Of a stretch of 64,000 bases of DNA, positions 47,573 to 55,957 are shown piece after piece. This stretch comes from an uncultured bacterium (lineage in GTDB: Bacteria; Patescibacteriota; Minisyncoccia; Phycocordibacterales; DATDWN01), in assembly GCA_903861205.1 (NCBI GenBank), contig CAIOTC010000020.1, forward strand, positions 133,273 to 197,272, read 5' to 3'. The position numbers and the translations under genes were made by a program. A model generated the notes under the pieces. That model was not told the DNA's origin and made no database searches. It saw nothing but the letters and a program-made list of their open reading frames with translations. How positions within the stretch are numbered: position 1 is the stretch's first letter; each line of letters starts with the position of its first letter.

Positions 47573-48126
47573 TAGTTTCCCTTATGCAAATCCTCTTCTT
47601 CGTAATAGTACGATTGCTCAATGCCCTTCATGTAAACTTCGCGATCGTCTATTTTGTCAGTCAAAGAGCCGCGCAGAAGTTCGCGGATTTCCAAACTGTT
47701 AATGGGACTGCGTTGCATGGCGTTCAGATAATCCTGTTTGTCAACTTTGGCCCAATCGACGCACTTCTTCAGATTCTTTTTCAAAATCAAATCCAACCAA
47801 ATCCGCATGCTTCGGCCGTTGCCCTCCATAAAAGGATGTGCGATGTTCATTTCCACGTATTTGACCACTATCTCTTCAAAGGTATGCTCGGGCATTTTCT
47901 CTACCTTAGCCAAACTTTCCACCAGATATAAATGAGAGGCAAAGCGAAAACCGCCCTTGCTCAAATCTTTATCGCGAATTTCTCCAGCAAAGCCATACAG
48001 ACCGCCAAAGAGATGGGTATGGATCTGTTGCAAGCCCCTGGTGGTGCCGACTTCAAAACTATCGATCTCCCGACTGCCAAAAAGTTTTATAGCTCGCTCT
48101 TTACTGATTGCATCAATATTTTCCAT
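47572..48126 (-). CDS. Fic/Doc family protein (AMPylation-type Fic domain)
   Basis: [12 protein letters not shown] = HPFx(D/E)GNGR Fic motif. Confidence 0.85.
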   Translation of the reverse strand: MENIDAISKERAIKLFGSREIDSFEVGTTRGLQQIHTHLFGGLYGFAGEIRDKDLSKGGFRFASHLYLVESLAKVEKMPEHTFEEIVVKYVEMNIAHPFMEGNGRSMRIWLDLILKKNLKKCVDWAKVDKQDYLNAMQRSPINSLEIRELLRGSLTDKIDDREVYMKGIEQSYYYEEEDLHKGN

Positions 48127-48166
48127 AGTTTAATTATACCATATTTACACCTCCTCTGCCACTTCG

Positions 48167-48198
48167 CGAACAGTAATTTTGTGTGGGTTGATTTTCAT
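48167..48198 (-). repeat. duplicate of the 5' end (first 12 codons) of the DUF262-HNH gene, giving a 17-codon dead-end ORF upstream of fic
   Basis: cgaacagtaattttgtgtGggttGattttcat vs cgaacagtaattttgtgtAggttAattttcat at 47541-47572. Confidence 0.7.
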
Positions 48199-48204
48199 GT
48201 TATT

Positions 48205-48720
48205 TTATTTCACAATCTTAACTAGGTCATTTTGATCTTTTACAGATTTCAAAATACCAAATAAAACATCTAAATATTTCTTAATTTCTTTATATTCATT
48301 ACCATAAATCATTCGCATTTTCCCAAAAATATAGTCATACCTGATATCTATAAAGTCTTCTATCCTTATTTCTGTATCTTTTGTAGTTTCCATTATATAT
48401 TGAGTATCACTTTTAGTAATTTTTTTAATTCCTATTTTCAACAATTCATTGTCACCCAATTATTTTTTAATATTTAATAAATTATGAGACAAACTTGTTA
48501 GCTTCTTTTTCAGATCGTTCTCATTTAAAAACGATCCCAACATAACAACTCTTGATTTCAAAAATAATTCAACATTGTAAGAAAGTAGGATATAGATTGA
48601 TCTTATAAAAGCGGGGTCTGTTTCCTGATTATCATATAGATAATCTTGAAGAAATGTTAAGCCTGTAGATGATCCTGTTGTTAGCCGAAAAGCTATTTTA
48701 TATTTTTCTTCATTACTCAT
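48205..48720 (-). pseudogene. about 170-codon AT-rich reading frame interrupted by one in-frame TAA (annotated ORFs 48460..48720 and 48205..48459)
   Basis: Both ORFs share a frame and abut with no gap; the second uses a TTG start right after the stop. Confidence 0.3.
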
Positions 48721-48724
48721 AAAA

Positions 48725-49792
48725 TTATTTTTTTACTTTCTTATTTCGTATTAAAATTCTTGCGAACGGATGTTTACCTAATACAGTTTCATCTTTACCA
48801 CCACCGTTCAAAAAACCCAACAATTTAAACTGCTCTGGATTATACTTATCAATAAAGGTTTTTGGAACTGCGATTGCCCCGTCATAATCTAATGGTATTT
48901 CTGCAACCTTTGAAACCTCAATAATATCTTGGTAGTCATACTTCGGATATTCTTTAGTTGTATATTTTTTATAAAGTATTAGTTTTTCATGACGCTTTGA
49001 AGTATCAAGATTTGTAAACCAAACTATGCTACCCATACTAAAAAACTTCGTGCCCTTTTCAATTTTTATTCTTGACTCTGTCTCAATATCATAATCATCA
49101 GGAACCTGAAACCACTTTGTGCCACCATTATCATAACCAAGCCACAACTTATTTTCTTGGATAAGTTTGAAAGTTTCTTTGTATGTGATAGCGTTCTGGC
49201 TACCTAAAATCAAAAACTTTTTATCATATTCCACCAACTGCGCGACATATTCCCGAAACAAAGAAAATGGTGGATTTGTCACCACAATGTCAGCCTGTTT
49301 TAGCAGTTCTATACTTTCTTTACTTCTAAAGTCCCCTTCACCCTCCAATGGAGTCCACTCATTATTTTTATTCGCCTTGAGTTGTTCGGCAATATCACGC
49401 AAGTCAAATGCGCCGTCGCCATCCATATCATCCACCTCACTCACAATGAATTTGTTCGCGGTTACTTTAGGACGACCTTTGGGCGTATCTAATACCTTGT
49501 CGTCGCCGAATAGTCCGAGTTGTGTGTTGGCAATGGGAGATGGTTTGTAGCTAGTAGCGATAAGTTTTTTTAATCCGAGAGCGTTGAATTTTGAAGCGAA
49601 GTATTTGAAAAAATTACTCTCAAATGGGTCATCACAGTTGCAATACACCACCTTGCCGCGAAATTGTTCTTTGTAATGTTTTAGCTCCTTTTCAATATCA
49701 ACAAGCTGGGTATAAAACTCATCTTTCTTTGCAACGTTTGCTTTGTGCAGGTTGTTATTTAATGATTTCTTTTCCATAAATTTCATGTCCAA
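48725..49792 (-). CDS. adenine-specific DNA methyltransferase (NPPF motif; EcoRI-methylase-like family), orphan
   Basis: DEFYTQL, VVTNPPFS (motif IV), DYDGAIAVPKTF. Confidence 0.6.
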   Translation of the reverse strand: MDMKFMEKKSLNNNLHKANVAKKDEFYTQLVDIEKELKHYKEQFRGKVVYCNCDDPFESNFFKYFASKFNALGLKKLIATSYKPSPIANTQLGLFGDDKVLDTPKGRPKVTANKFIVSEVDDMDGDGAFDLRDIAEQLKANKNNEWTPLEGEGDFRSKESIELLKQADIVVTNPPFSLFREYVAQLVEYDKKFLILGSQNAITYKETFKLIQENKLWLGYDNGGTKWFQVPDDYDIETESRIKIEKGTKFFSMGSIVWFTNLDTSKRHEKLILYKKYTTKEYPKYDYQDIIEVSKVAEIPLDYDGAIAVPKTFIDKYNPEQFKLLGFLNGGGKDETVLGKHPFARILIRNKKVKK

Positions 49793-49889
49793 ACTCTACC
49801 ACTTTTAACCTAATCATTCAATATGCAAATTAAAAGTTAGGGCCTTAACTTTTAATTTGGTGAGTGTCTATTAAAAGTTTTAGATCTTT

Positions 49890-49957
49890 CAGATTCACGC
49901 AGAAAGCCAAAAATCGCGTGAATTTGGGTCAAAAGTGACCCAAATTCACGCTTTTTT
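49890..49957. terminator. bidirectional terminator: perfect 16-bp palindrome gcgtgaatttgggtca-aaag-tgacccaaattcacgc with U-tracts on both sides
   Basis: TTTTTTC follows the plus-strand hairpin; GATTTTTGG follows on the minus strand, downstream of the 50010..50306 gene. Confidence 0.6.
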
Positions 49958-50009
49958 CAAAACAAAAAGCCCTCGTCCGTTCGGATTTGGGCCTAATAAA
50001 CATTTTGTT

Positions 50010-50306
50010 TTACGGTTCTGGAATAAGTTCGCAAACATCTCTTTTAAAAACAAGGTAGTGACCAAGAGTCAACTGTTTCCAAAATGCAGCGGCGGAAATT
50101 CTTTCTGCCGATTTGAGAGCTTCAATAGCCTTGCTAGTTAGAACCATGTAACCGCCCCTGTTAGCGGAACCAATGCCTAATTCGGATGGCGGATTTTTAG
50201 AAATATCCCTGTTTGTTGCAAGCGGAATTTCAATACCGACCCATTGTTCCCTTATACTCAGCGGAGCAAACCCCGGCGGGACGGCTACTATTCGAATTCG
50301 AGCCAT
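50010..50306 (-). CDS. hypothetical protein (98 aa)
   Basis: Preceded by the conserved leader AGTGGTAGAGTTCTGGGCGGAAAGGGG. Confidence 0.4.
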   Translation of the reverse strand: MARIRIVAVPPGFAPLSIREQWVGIEIPLATNRDISKNPPSELGIGSANRGGYMVLTSKAIEALKSAERISAAAFWKQLTLGHYLVFKRDVCELIPEP

Positions 50307-50315
50307 TTTCGTATT

Positions 50316-50342
50316 CCCCTTTCCGCCCAGAACTCTACCACT
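50316..50342 (-). promoter_or_regulatory. conserved 27-nt leader AGTGGTAGAGTTCTGGGCGGAAAGGGG upstream of the 50010..50306 gene
   Basis: Identical copy at 51412-51438 upstream of the next Cys-rich gene; GGAAAGGGG may act as an RBS. Confidence 0.45.
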
Positions 50343-50410
50343 CCGTCAGCACAAAATCAAGAAACATTTTCAAAAATAAAACCGCCCTGATTGATGTCAG
50401 AACGGCCGAT

Positions 50411-50866
50411 TCATTCTCTTATCTTCTTTGCCAGAACAGCTAGTTTATTGTCGTCTTCTTTTTTGTAGTCGTGTGAGGAAATATAACCTTCATATTTTTC
50501 GAAATATTTGTCCACATTTGATTTAACCGGTTTCCATTCACCCATATTTGCCGTGCCGTGCATCGGAAAAAGTTTGGCATGAATATGGTCAATCCCAAAT
50601 CCCTCAAAGATCATGCCCGTTCTTCCAACATCATCAAGTTTTGAATCAATCAGTTTTGCAACTTTTCTGGCCGCAATAACCAGATCTGCCAAAACTTGGT
50701 CTGGCAAATCAAACGCGTAACTCGGATAGTGTTCCTTGGTGATTACAACCGAAAATCCTTCGGTGTTTGGATTTCGAGAAAGAAAAGCCATATGCTTTTC
50801 ATCTTCCCAAACTTTATGACAAGGCAATTCACCTCTCACAATTTTACAAAATGTACAATTTTCCAT
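50411..50866 (-). CDS. HIT family (histidine triad) hydrolase
   Basis: CTFCKIVRGELP, HIHAKLFP histidine triad. Confidence 0.8.
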   Translation of the reverse strand: MENCTFCKIVRGELPCHKVWEDEKHMAFLSRNPNTEGFSVVITKEHYPSYAFDLPDQVLADLVIAARKVAKLIDSKLDDVGRTGMIFEGFGIDHIHAKLFPMHGTANMGEWKPVKSNVDKYFEKYEGYISSHDYKKEDDNKLAVLAKKIRE

Positions 50867-50963
50867 ACTTTTAATATACCACCTTTTCCTCCTTTTTTCA
50901 ACTACAAACAAAAAGGGCGCTGTGGGCGGCCCTTGGATTTCGCGGGTGGGGAAAATAGAAAAG

Positions 50964-51407
50964 TTAGACTCGACAAATCAAACACTCGCATGTTTTTTCT
51001 TTTTTCACCCAATCGATTATGTGCTCGATACTGACTTTGTCCCTTATTGCTCTGCTTGCGACAAAACGCAAAATAGCGATGTCTTCGCTGCTTCCCGTCA
51101 CTTGTGCAGAAACTTTTGCAGACCTTCTAAGGCGCTTCCGATCGTACTCATCTATGGAATTTTTTACCTTCTCCGCCACTTCATTCGCTCTCCTATGCTC
51201 AAACTTTACAAGCTCCTCTATGCAAAAAAGACAAGCTGTGGTTTGATCCTCAAAACCAACACACGGCACATTATGCCTTTCGCAGTACAAGCCGTTCTTT
51301 TTCGAGCAATCAACACAAGAAAACACGGCCAGACCACCATCCGGCGACCGAACCGGCACCAAAATTGCACGACTCATGTCTCCGTTATTGCAAAAATGGC
51401 AATTCAT
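50964..51407 (-). CDS. Cys-rich hypothetical protein
   Basis: CHFCNNG, CVDCSKK, CLFC, CECLIC pairs; same conserved leader upstream. Confidence 0.4.
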   Translation of the reverse strand: MNCHFCNNGDMSRAILVPVRSPDGGLAVFSCVDCSKKNGLYCERHNVPCVGFEDQTTACLFCIEELVKFEHRRANEVAEKVKNSIDEYDRKRLRRSAKVSAQVTGSSEDIAILRFVASRAIRDKVSIEHIIDWVKKEKTCECLICRV

Positions 51408-51411
51408 ACGT

Positions 51412-51438
51412 CCCCTTTCCGCCCAGAACTCTACCACT
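51412..51438 (-). promoter_or_regulatory. conserved 27-nt leader AGTGGTAGAGTTCTGGGCGGAAAGGGG upstream of the 50964..51407 gene
   Basis: Second copy, ending 4 nt before ATGAATTGC. Confidence 0.45.
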
Positions 51439-51515
51439 AACCCGACTTTCAGTCAAAAGTTTCAAACAGAAGTTTTTACCATAATTTATATTTATAATAC
51501 TGATATTCCCTTATT

Positions 51516-51539
51516 TCATTCGCCTTGGACGGCGAATGA
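51516..51539. promoter_or_regulatory. palindrome TCATTCGCC-N6-GGCGAATGA just downstream of the ArsR-family gene stop
   Basis: Copy 2. Confidence 0.4.
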
Positions 51540-51543
51540 AATT

Positions 51544-51822
51544 TTAGAAATTTGAGATAATTGCACGAGTAGTTACTGATAGGTCATCAGATATTTTATA
51601 TAACACGAAATGACCGTCGTATTGGCGATTCAAAATTCCCTTTTTTGCGAGAAATAGCAAATGTTTTGAAATAGCTTTGAATGATGCACCTGTGCCGTCT
51701 GCTATTTCGCCGACCGATCCGCTTTTCTTTTCCTTCAGAAATTTCAAAATTGTTAGCCGATGTTCATTGGCGAAAATTTCAAATATTTCTTTCAGTTCTT
51801 TAACTTCTTTAGAAATCATCAC
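51544..51822 (-). CDS. ArsR/SmtB family transcriptional regulator
   Basis: FANEHRLTILKFL...GSVGEIADGTGASFKAISKHLLFLAKKGIL wHTH. Confidence 0.8.
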   Translation of the reverse strand: MMISKEVKELKEIFEIFANEHRLTILKFLKEKKSGSVGEIADGTGASFKAISKHLLFLAKKGILNRQYDGHFVLYKISDDLSVTTRAIISNF

Positions 51823-51826
51823 ACAT

Positions 51827-51852
51827 TTAATATAACATCATTCGCCGTCTAC
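51827..51852. promoter_or_regulatory. palindrome ATCATTCGCC-N4-GGCGAATGAT immediately upstream of the ArsR-family gene start (candidate operator)
   Basis: Copy 3; 5 nt from the start codon. Confidence 0.45.
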
Positions 51853-51912
51853 GGCGAATGATGTTTGTGGGGGAAAATTGTCTGTCACTTGTCACCTGCC
51901 ATCTGCGATCTA

Positions 51913-52317
51913 CTATCTGTTCAGATATGTGACAGTTAGTTGCAGTACCGTGGCGAAAGAAACCCAGAGGAGATATGGGATTTGCATGTAGGCAATCCAC
52001 GGGATGATGGGAAAAATTGCGAATGTTGCCCAGATGAGAGTGGCAAGAACAAGCAAAACATCCGCGGCGGCGAGATAATAATTTTTGAGACCAAACAGAA
52101 AGTAAGTGAAGGAAAAGTTGAAAACAAGATTGAGAACGAACGGCAATGCTATGGTTGCCGGAATTTGATGTGCCAGAGTTTTGTAAAAAACCGCGCCGAA
52201 CGAAATGGCAATAAGACAATATAGAAACGTCCAAACCGGACCAAAGATCCACGCCGGCGGCGCCCACGACGGCTTTTTAAATTCTCTGTAAGATTCGTAC
52301 GTTTTCATTCCTTTCAC
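51913..52317 (-). CDS. tspO: TspO/MBR family tryptophan-rich sensory protein
   Basis: PSWAPPAWIFGPVWTFLY, 5 TM helices. Confidence 0.82.
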   Translation of the reverse strand: MKGMKTYESYREFKKPSWAPPAWIFGPVWTFLYCLIAISFGAVFYKTLAHQIPATIALPFVLNLVFNFSFTYFLFGLKNYYLAAADVLLVLATLIWATFAIFPIIPWIAYMQIPYLLWVSFATVLQLTVTYLNR

Positions 52318-52682
52318 TTATTTTTAAGATTTTTTTTGTTTTGGAATAGAAGAACGATAAAATAGATAACTGAAAATAGTGATGATAACACCAGAGCCAT
52401 GAGTGTGCGATCAAAGCAAACTATACCAGAGCATAGAGGTTCAACCTTTGATAATAAAATAAAATCTATAACACCAAAAATTATAACTGTTAAAAAAACT
52501 AACTTGGGTTTGATGTTTTTCAAAAAACCAGCCAAGAACAACAATAATGTTAGTGGTAGTAAAGTCCCAAACATCGGATGAAATAATTCTGTGTTATAGA
52601 TGCTAAAATAACTAATGTTTAAATAAATAACTAACATAACTAAAACAAACAACATTGTGGGAAAAATAAATATTTTTTTCAT
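52314..52682 (-). CDS. hypothetical small membrane protein
   Basis: Three hydrophobic helices. Confidence 0.4.
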   Translation of the reverse strand: MKKIFIFPTMLFVLVMLVIYLNISYFSIYNTELFHPMFGTLLPLTLLLFLAGFLKNIKPKLVFLTVIIFGVIDFILLSKVEPLCSGIVCFDRTLMALVLSSLFSVIYFIVLLFQNKKNLKNK

Positions 52683-52683
52683 A

Positions 52684-55314
52684 TCAACTTAAATTATCTA
52701 ATAATCCATTCAATAAATCAAGCAGAAGTTGTGCATCGGTTTTTGATAATCGTTTTGGTTTCGGTTTTTTTGGATCAGGTTTTGACAATTTATTTTCCAA
52801 AACAGTTTTGAATCTGTCAGCTTTCAGTTTAGCTTTGTCCACTTTTCCTTTTTGGATTGACTTGATTATGTTATCAACTCTTTTATCAAAAGCGTTCTTT
52901 TTGGTTTGAGTCAGATCCAGGGAATCAATTGTAGTCTGCATGATTTGCAAATATGTAATTGGATCAAAAGTGGAATTTGGAGTGAGAGTGAAATCTGTTT
53001 TACCATCTCCAGTCACATCCAGGGTCATCTGTGGCACGCCATTCTGGCTTTCAGTTATTTCCGCTTGCGTTTGTGTGGTTACTGGAATATCGATAAATGA
53101 AGATGTACTGGACTGTCCATTTGGACTTACAGTTTCTGCATCAAAAGTAAACGTCCCGACATCCGTGCCTTGAATTATTATTTTTTGCACACCATCTTGA
53201 GGAATATTGAGATACTTGCCCTCGCCAAATTCGTAATATCCGGAGTTTGGTATATTTTCTTCCGTGTAGCAAATATCCGTTGTTGGCGGACACACTTTGC
53301 CCGTGTGATTTCCACTTGCGTCGTATGCATCAAGCGTTACCGGCGAATGAACCGAGAGACGAAGGCGGTTTTTTATATCAATCGGAGAAGTGGTACTTAG
53401 ATATGTAGAAGATATTTTAGTAGATTGAATTATACTTGAAACAAAATCAAGGAGTGGCTGGACTTCTAAAATATTCTTGTGTTCATTTTTTGGATCAAGC
53501 GGAAATTTATCGTTGTTGTATTTAAACATATTCACCCACCACCTCTCCCCTTCCATTCCCAACGCACTCGGGGTCACCACAGTCTTGTCACCGTCAGATG
53601 TAAAGATTGGTTTTTCATCAAGAATAAATTTTCCGGTACATCCATTGTCGGTCGCATATGAACAAGTCGTGCTTGCGTTGTATTGAAAACCGGCAATGGT
53701 ATCCAACCCCCAACCGGCTATTTGAATAAGACGAATATTTGATGGCAAAGTCATCTTGTCAATCCGGTTATGTGTAGCATCTGCTTGTGTCAAAAAATTC
53801 GTGCCGAGTTTGATGGGCTTCAAAGTATCAAGCGTGCCTGGATTTGTTCTGCCGTCGCTACCAGCCAAAAAACTGTTTTCGGAATCATAATCTGAAATAC
53901 TCTGACCATACCACTTGATATCATTTGTCATATATGGATCAAGGGTGTTCGGCACAAAATATGTGACCGGTGTGGAAACATGATTGTAATATTCTCGACT
54001 GGGCAAGAGTGTATAACCCCCGGGCATGTTGCGACCCAGCTCGCGAGCAGTCGGAGTGTTGAGAAGCAAACCAAGTCCCAAGTCCTGATCATATCCGTGG
54101 AGAAGCGCGGGAATAGCCGTCGGTGTGCCAAACTGAGGCACTGCCACAAGCATGACGGTATCGATGTGATCTATCAAACTATTTCTCCCGGCTATTTTGT
54201 CATCCTCAAGTTTTTTCAAAAGTAATTTCGCGACAATACCGCCGTTACTGTGCGCCACGATCGTGACCTTGCCGGTATTTGACGAATTTACCAACGACTG
54301 CAACGTATCCAAAAGAGAAATCTCGCTAGCAATATCATCCGGACTTTGCCGCCAATCATAGGCAAAAGCTCGCCACTCCGCCATCTTTTTTGACGAGGTC
54401 GTCTCCACTAAACTATCCATCGTTTTGGCAAAACTTTTATAAATATTCTGACCCAAAAATCCCATCCAAAACGGCACATTTGATTCTAGTATAATATCTC
54501 GCGTGTAAATATTTGGATTTATACTTTGACCGGAAGAGTTTAGGTACAGATCAACCCCATCGCTATTCCAGTTTGGCTCCCACAGTTGGTCCTCGATAGG
54601 CACACCTAAAATGGTTTTTGTTGTATACAACCGACTGGCCTCGAGGCCAGGCAAAAAGAGCACATTGGAGTAACCTGTCACAGGCGGTGTGTACTGACCA
54701 GTCAGCGTGGCCGAGACGGTTATTTTGTTTTGCACGACAGCGTACGCAACATTTTGGTCAAATAATTTCTTAACCAAAACGGGCGGATCGACGGAATACA
54801 CAGAAATATTGCAAGTAAATGTTTGGCCCTTGAGCGATTGCGGAAGCGGATCACCGTTTATTTCCGGATTGTAGTCTGCCGGGCACTGGCCTTCGAAACA
54901 CGGTGAAGTGATGGTAATGTTCCAATTGTCGGAAGTGTCACTCGCGCCATTTATTTCACCTGTTGCGTCTGTGTTGTAAAAATCACTGGCATTTTGTTCA
55001 AAACCGATTTCGGTCGACTCTTCATTTTTCGGCGACAAAGATATGTAGGGACAAAGATCGTTATCGTAATAATTTGAACGGCTGATGCGATATTTTGCTC
55101 CGCCTATTGCATAGTTAAAATACGGAATATATTTTGGATCGAGAGAAATGGAAAACGGCGTAGTGGTGCTTTGAAGCGAGTCAAGATAGAGACCGCCAAT
55201 AGACGAAATATTAACGACATAGTTCGCAAAAAACGCAGTGGCAAACGGCGCAACAAAGAAAAATATGAGGATCGAAAAAATCACATAGGCCAACCTCAAA
55301 TACAACTTTTTCAT
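52684..55314 (-). CDS. large secreted protein with alpha/beta-hydrolase (lipase/PGAP1-like GxSxG) domain
   Basis: N-terminal TM/signal; VTIVAHSNGGIVAKLLL nucleophile elbow. Confidence 0.55.
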   Translation of the reverse strand: MKKLYLRLAYVIFSILIFFFVAPFATAFFANYVVNISSIGGLYLDSLQSTTTPFSISLDPKYIPYFNYAIGGAKYRISRSNYYDNDLCPYISLSPKNEESTEIGFEQNASDFYNTDATGEINGASDTSDNWNITITSPCFEGQCPADYNPEINGDPLPQSLKGQTFTCNISVYSVDPPVLVKKLFDQNVAYAVVQNKITVSATLTGQYTPPVTGYSNVLFLPGLEASRLYTTKTILGVPIEDQLWEPNWNSDGVDLYLNSSGQSINPNIYTRDIILESNVPFWMGFLGQNIYKSFAKTMDSLVETTSSKKMAEWRAFAYDWRQSPDDIASEISLLDTLQSLVNSSNTGKVTIVAHSNGGIVAKLLLKKLEDDKIAGRNSLIDHIDTVMLVAVPQFGTPTAIPALLHGYDQDLGLGLLLNTPTARELGRNMPGGYTLLPSREYYNHVSTPVTYFVPNTLDPYMTNDIKWYGQSISDYDSENSFLAGSDGRTNPGTLDTLKPIKLGTNFLTQADATHNRIDKMTLPSNIRLIQIAGWGLDTIAGFQYNASTTCSYATDNGCTGKFILDEKPIFTSDGDKTVVTPSALGMEGERWWVNMFKYNNDKFPLDPKNEHKNILEVQPLLDFVSSIIQSTKISSTYLSTTSPIDIKNRLRLSVHSPVTLDAYDASGNHTGKVCPPTTDICYTEENIPNSGYYEFGEGKYLNIPQDGVQKIIIQGTDVGTFTFDAETVSPNGQSSTSSFIDIPVTTQTQAEITESQNGVPQMTLDVTGDGKTDFTLTPNSTFDPITYLQIMQTTIDSLDLTQTKKNAFDKRVDNIIKSIQKGKVDKAKLKADRFKTVLENKLSKPDPKKPKPKRLSKTDAQLLLDLLNGLLDNLS

Positions 55315-55400
55315 GTTGTATTAATTTTAACAAACAAAAAACTTCATGAAAATGAAGCTTTTTGTTTGACTGTGGATAACAATATTGAAAACGCGTCAAA

Positions 55401-55844
55401 TTATTCCGCTTCAATAATTACTGTCACTTCAGCTCTTTTGCCCAGAGCTTCGACTGTCACTTTGTGTTCTCCTACAGTTTTGAGCGGCTTTTCCAAAACA
55501 ACCGTTTCCGGATCGAGGTTCAAGTGTGTTTGTTTGAAAATTTCTTCAATCAAAGTTTCCTTGCCGATGCCGGCGAACAAGTGGCCTTTTTCGTTGGCCT
55601 TGCCTTTAATGGTCACCGTCGCAGCGCGCAAAGCGTCCAAACTTTTGACCAAAAGTTCCGCCTGAATTTTTTTCTCGGCGCCTTCTTTTGATTTCATCTG
55701 TTCGATTTTTTGGATCGACTGCGGAGTAGCCGCCTCCACCAATCCGCGCGGAATGAGAAAATTGAGCGCGTGTCCGTCGGAAACGTCTTTAATATCGTAC
55801 TTGTGACCAAGTTTAGGAACTTCTTTGAGTAATATGACTTTCAT
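55401..55844 (-). CDS. rplI: 50S ribosomal protein L9
   Basis: MKVILLKEVPKLG...ALNFLIPRGLA. Confidence 0.9.
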   Translation of the reverse strand: MKVILLKEVPKLGHKYDIKDVSDGHALNFLIPRGLVEAATPQSIQKIEQMKSKEGAEKKIQAELLVKSLDALRAATVTIKGKANEKGHLFAGIGKETLIEEIFKQTHLNLDPETVVLEKPLKTVGEHKVTVEALGKRAEVTVIIEAE

Positions 55845-55957
55845 AATATTAGGAATAATTTTTAATTTTTAATTTAGAATTTTTAATGAATTTTTAATTT
55901 TTAAGTTTTGTCATTTTAAATTCATTTTAAATTAAAAATTTTAAATTTTAAATTATT
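55845..55957. repeat. AT-rich intergenic repeat, copy 5
   Basis: Between rplI and ctpA. Confidence 0.55.
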
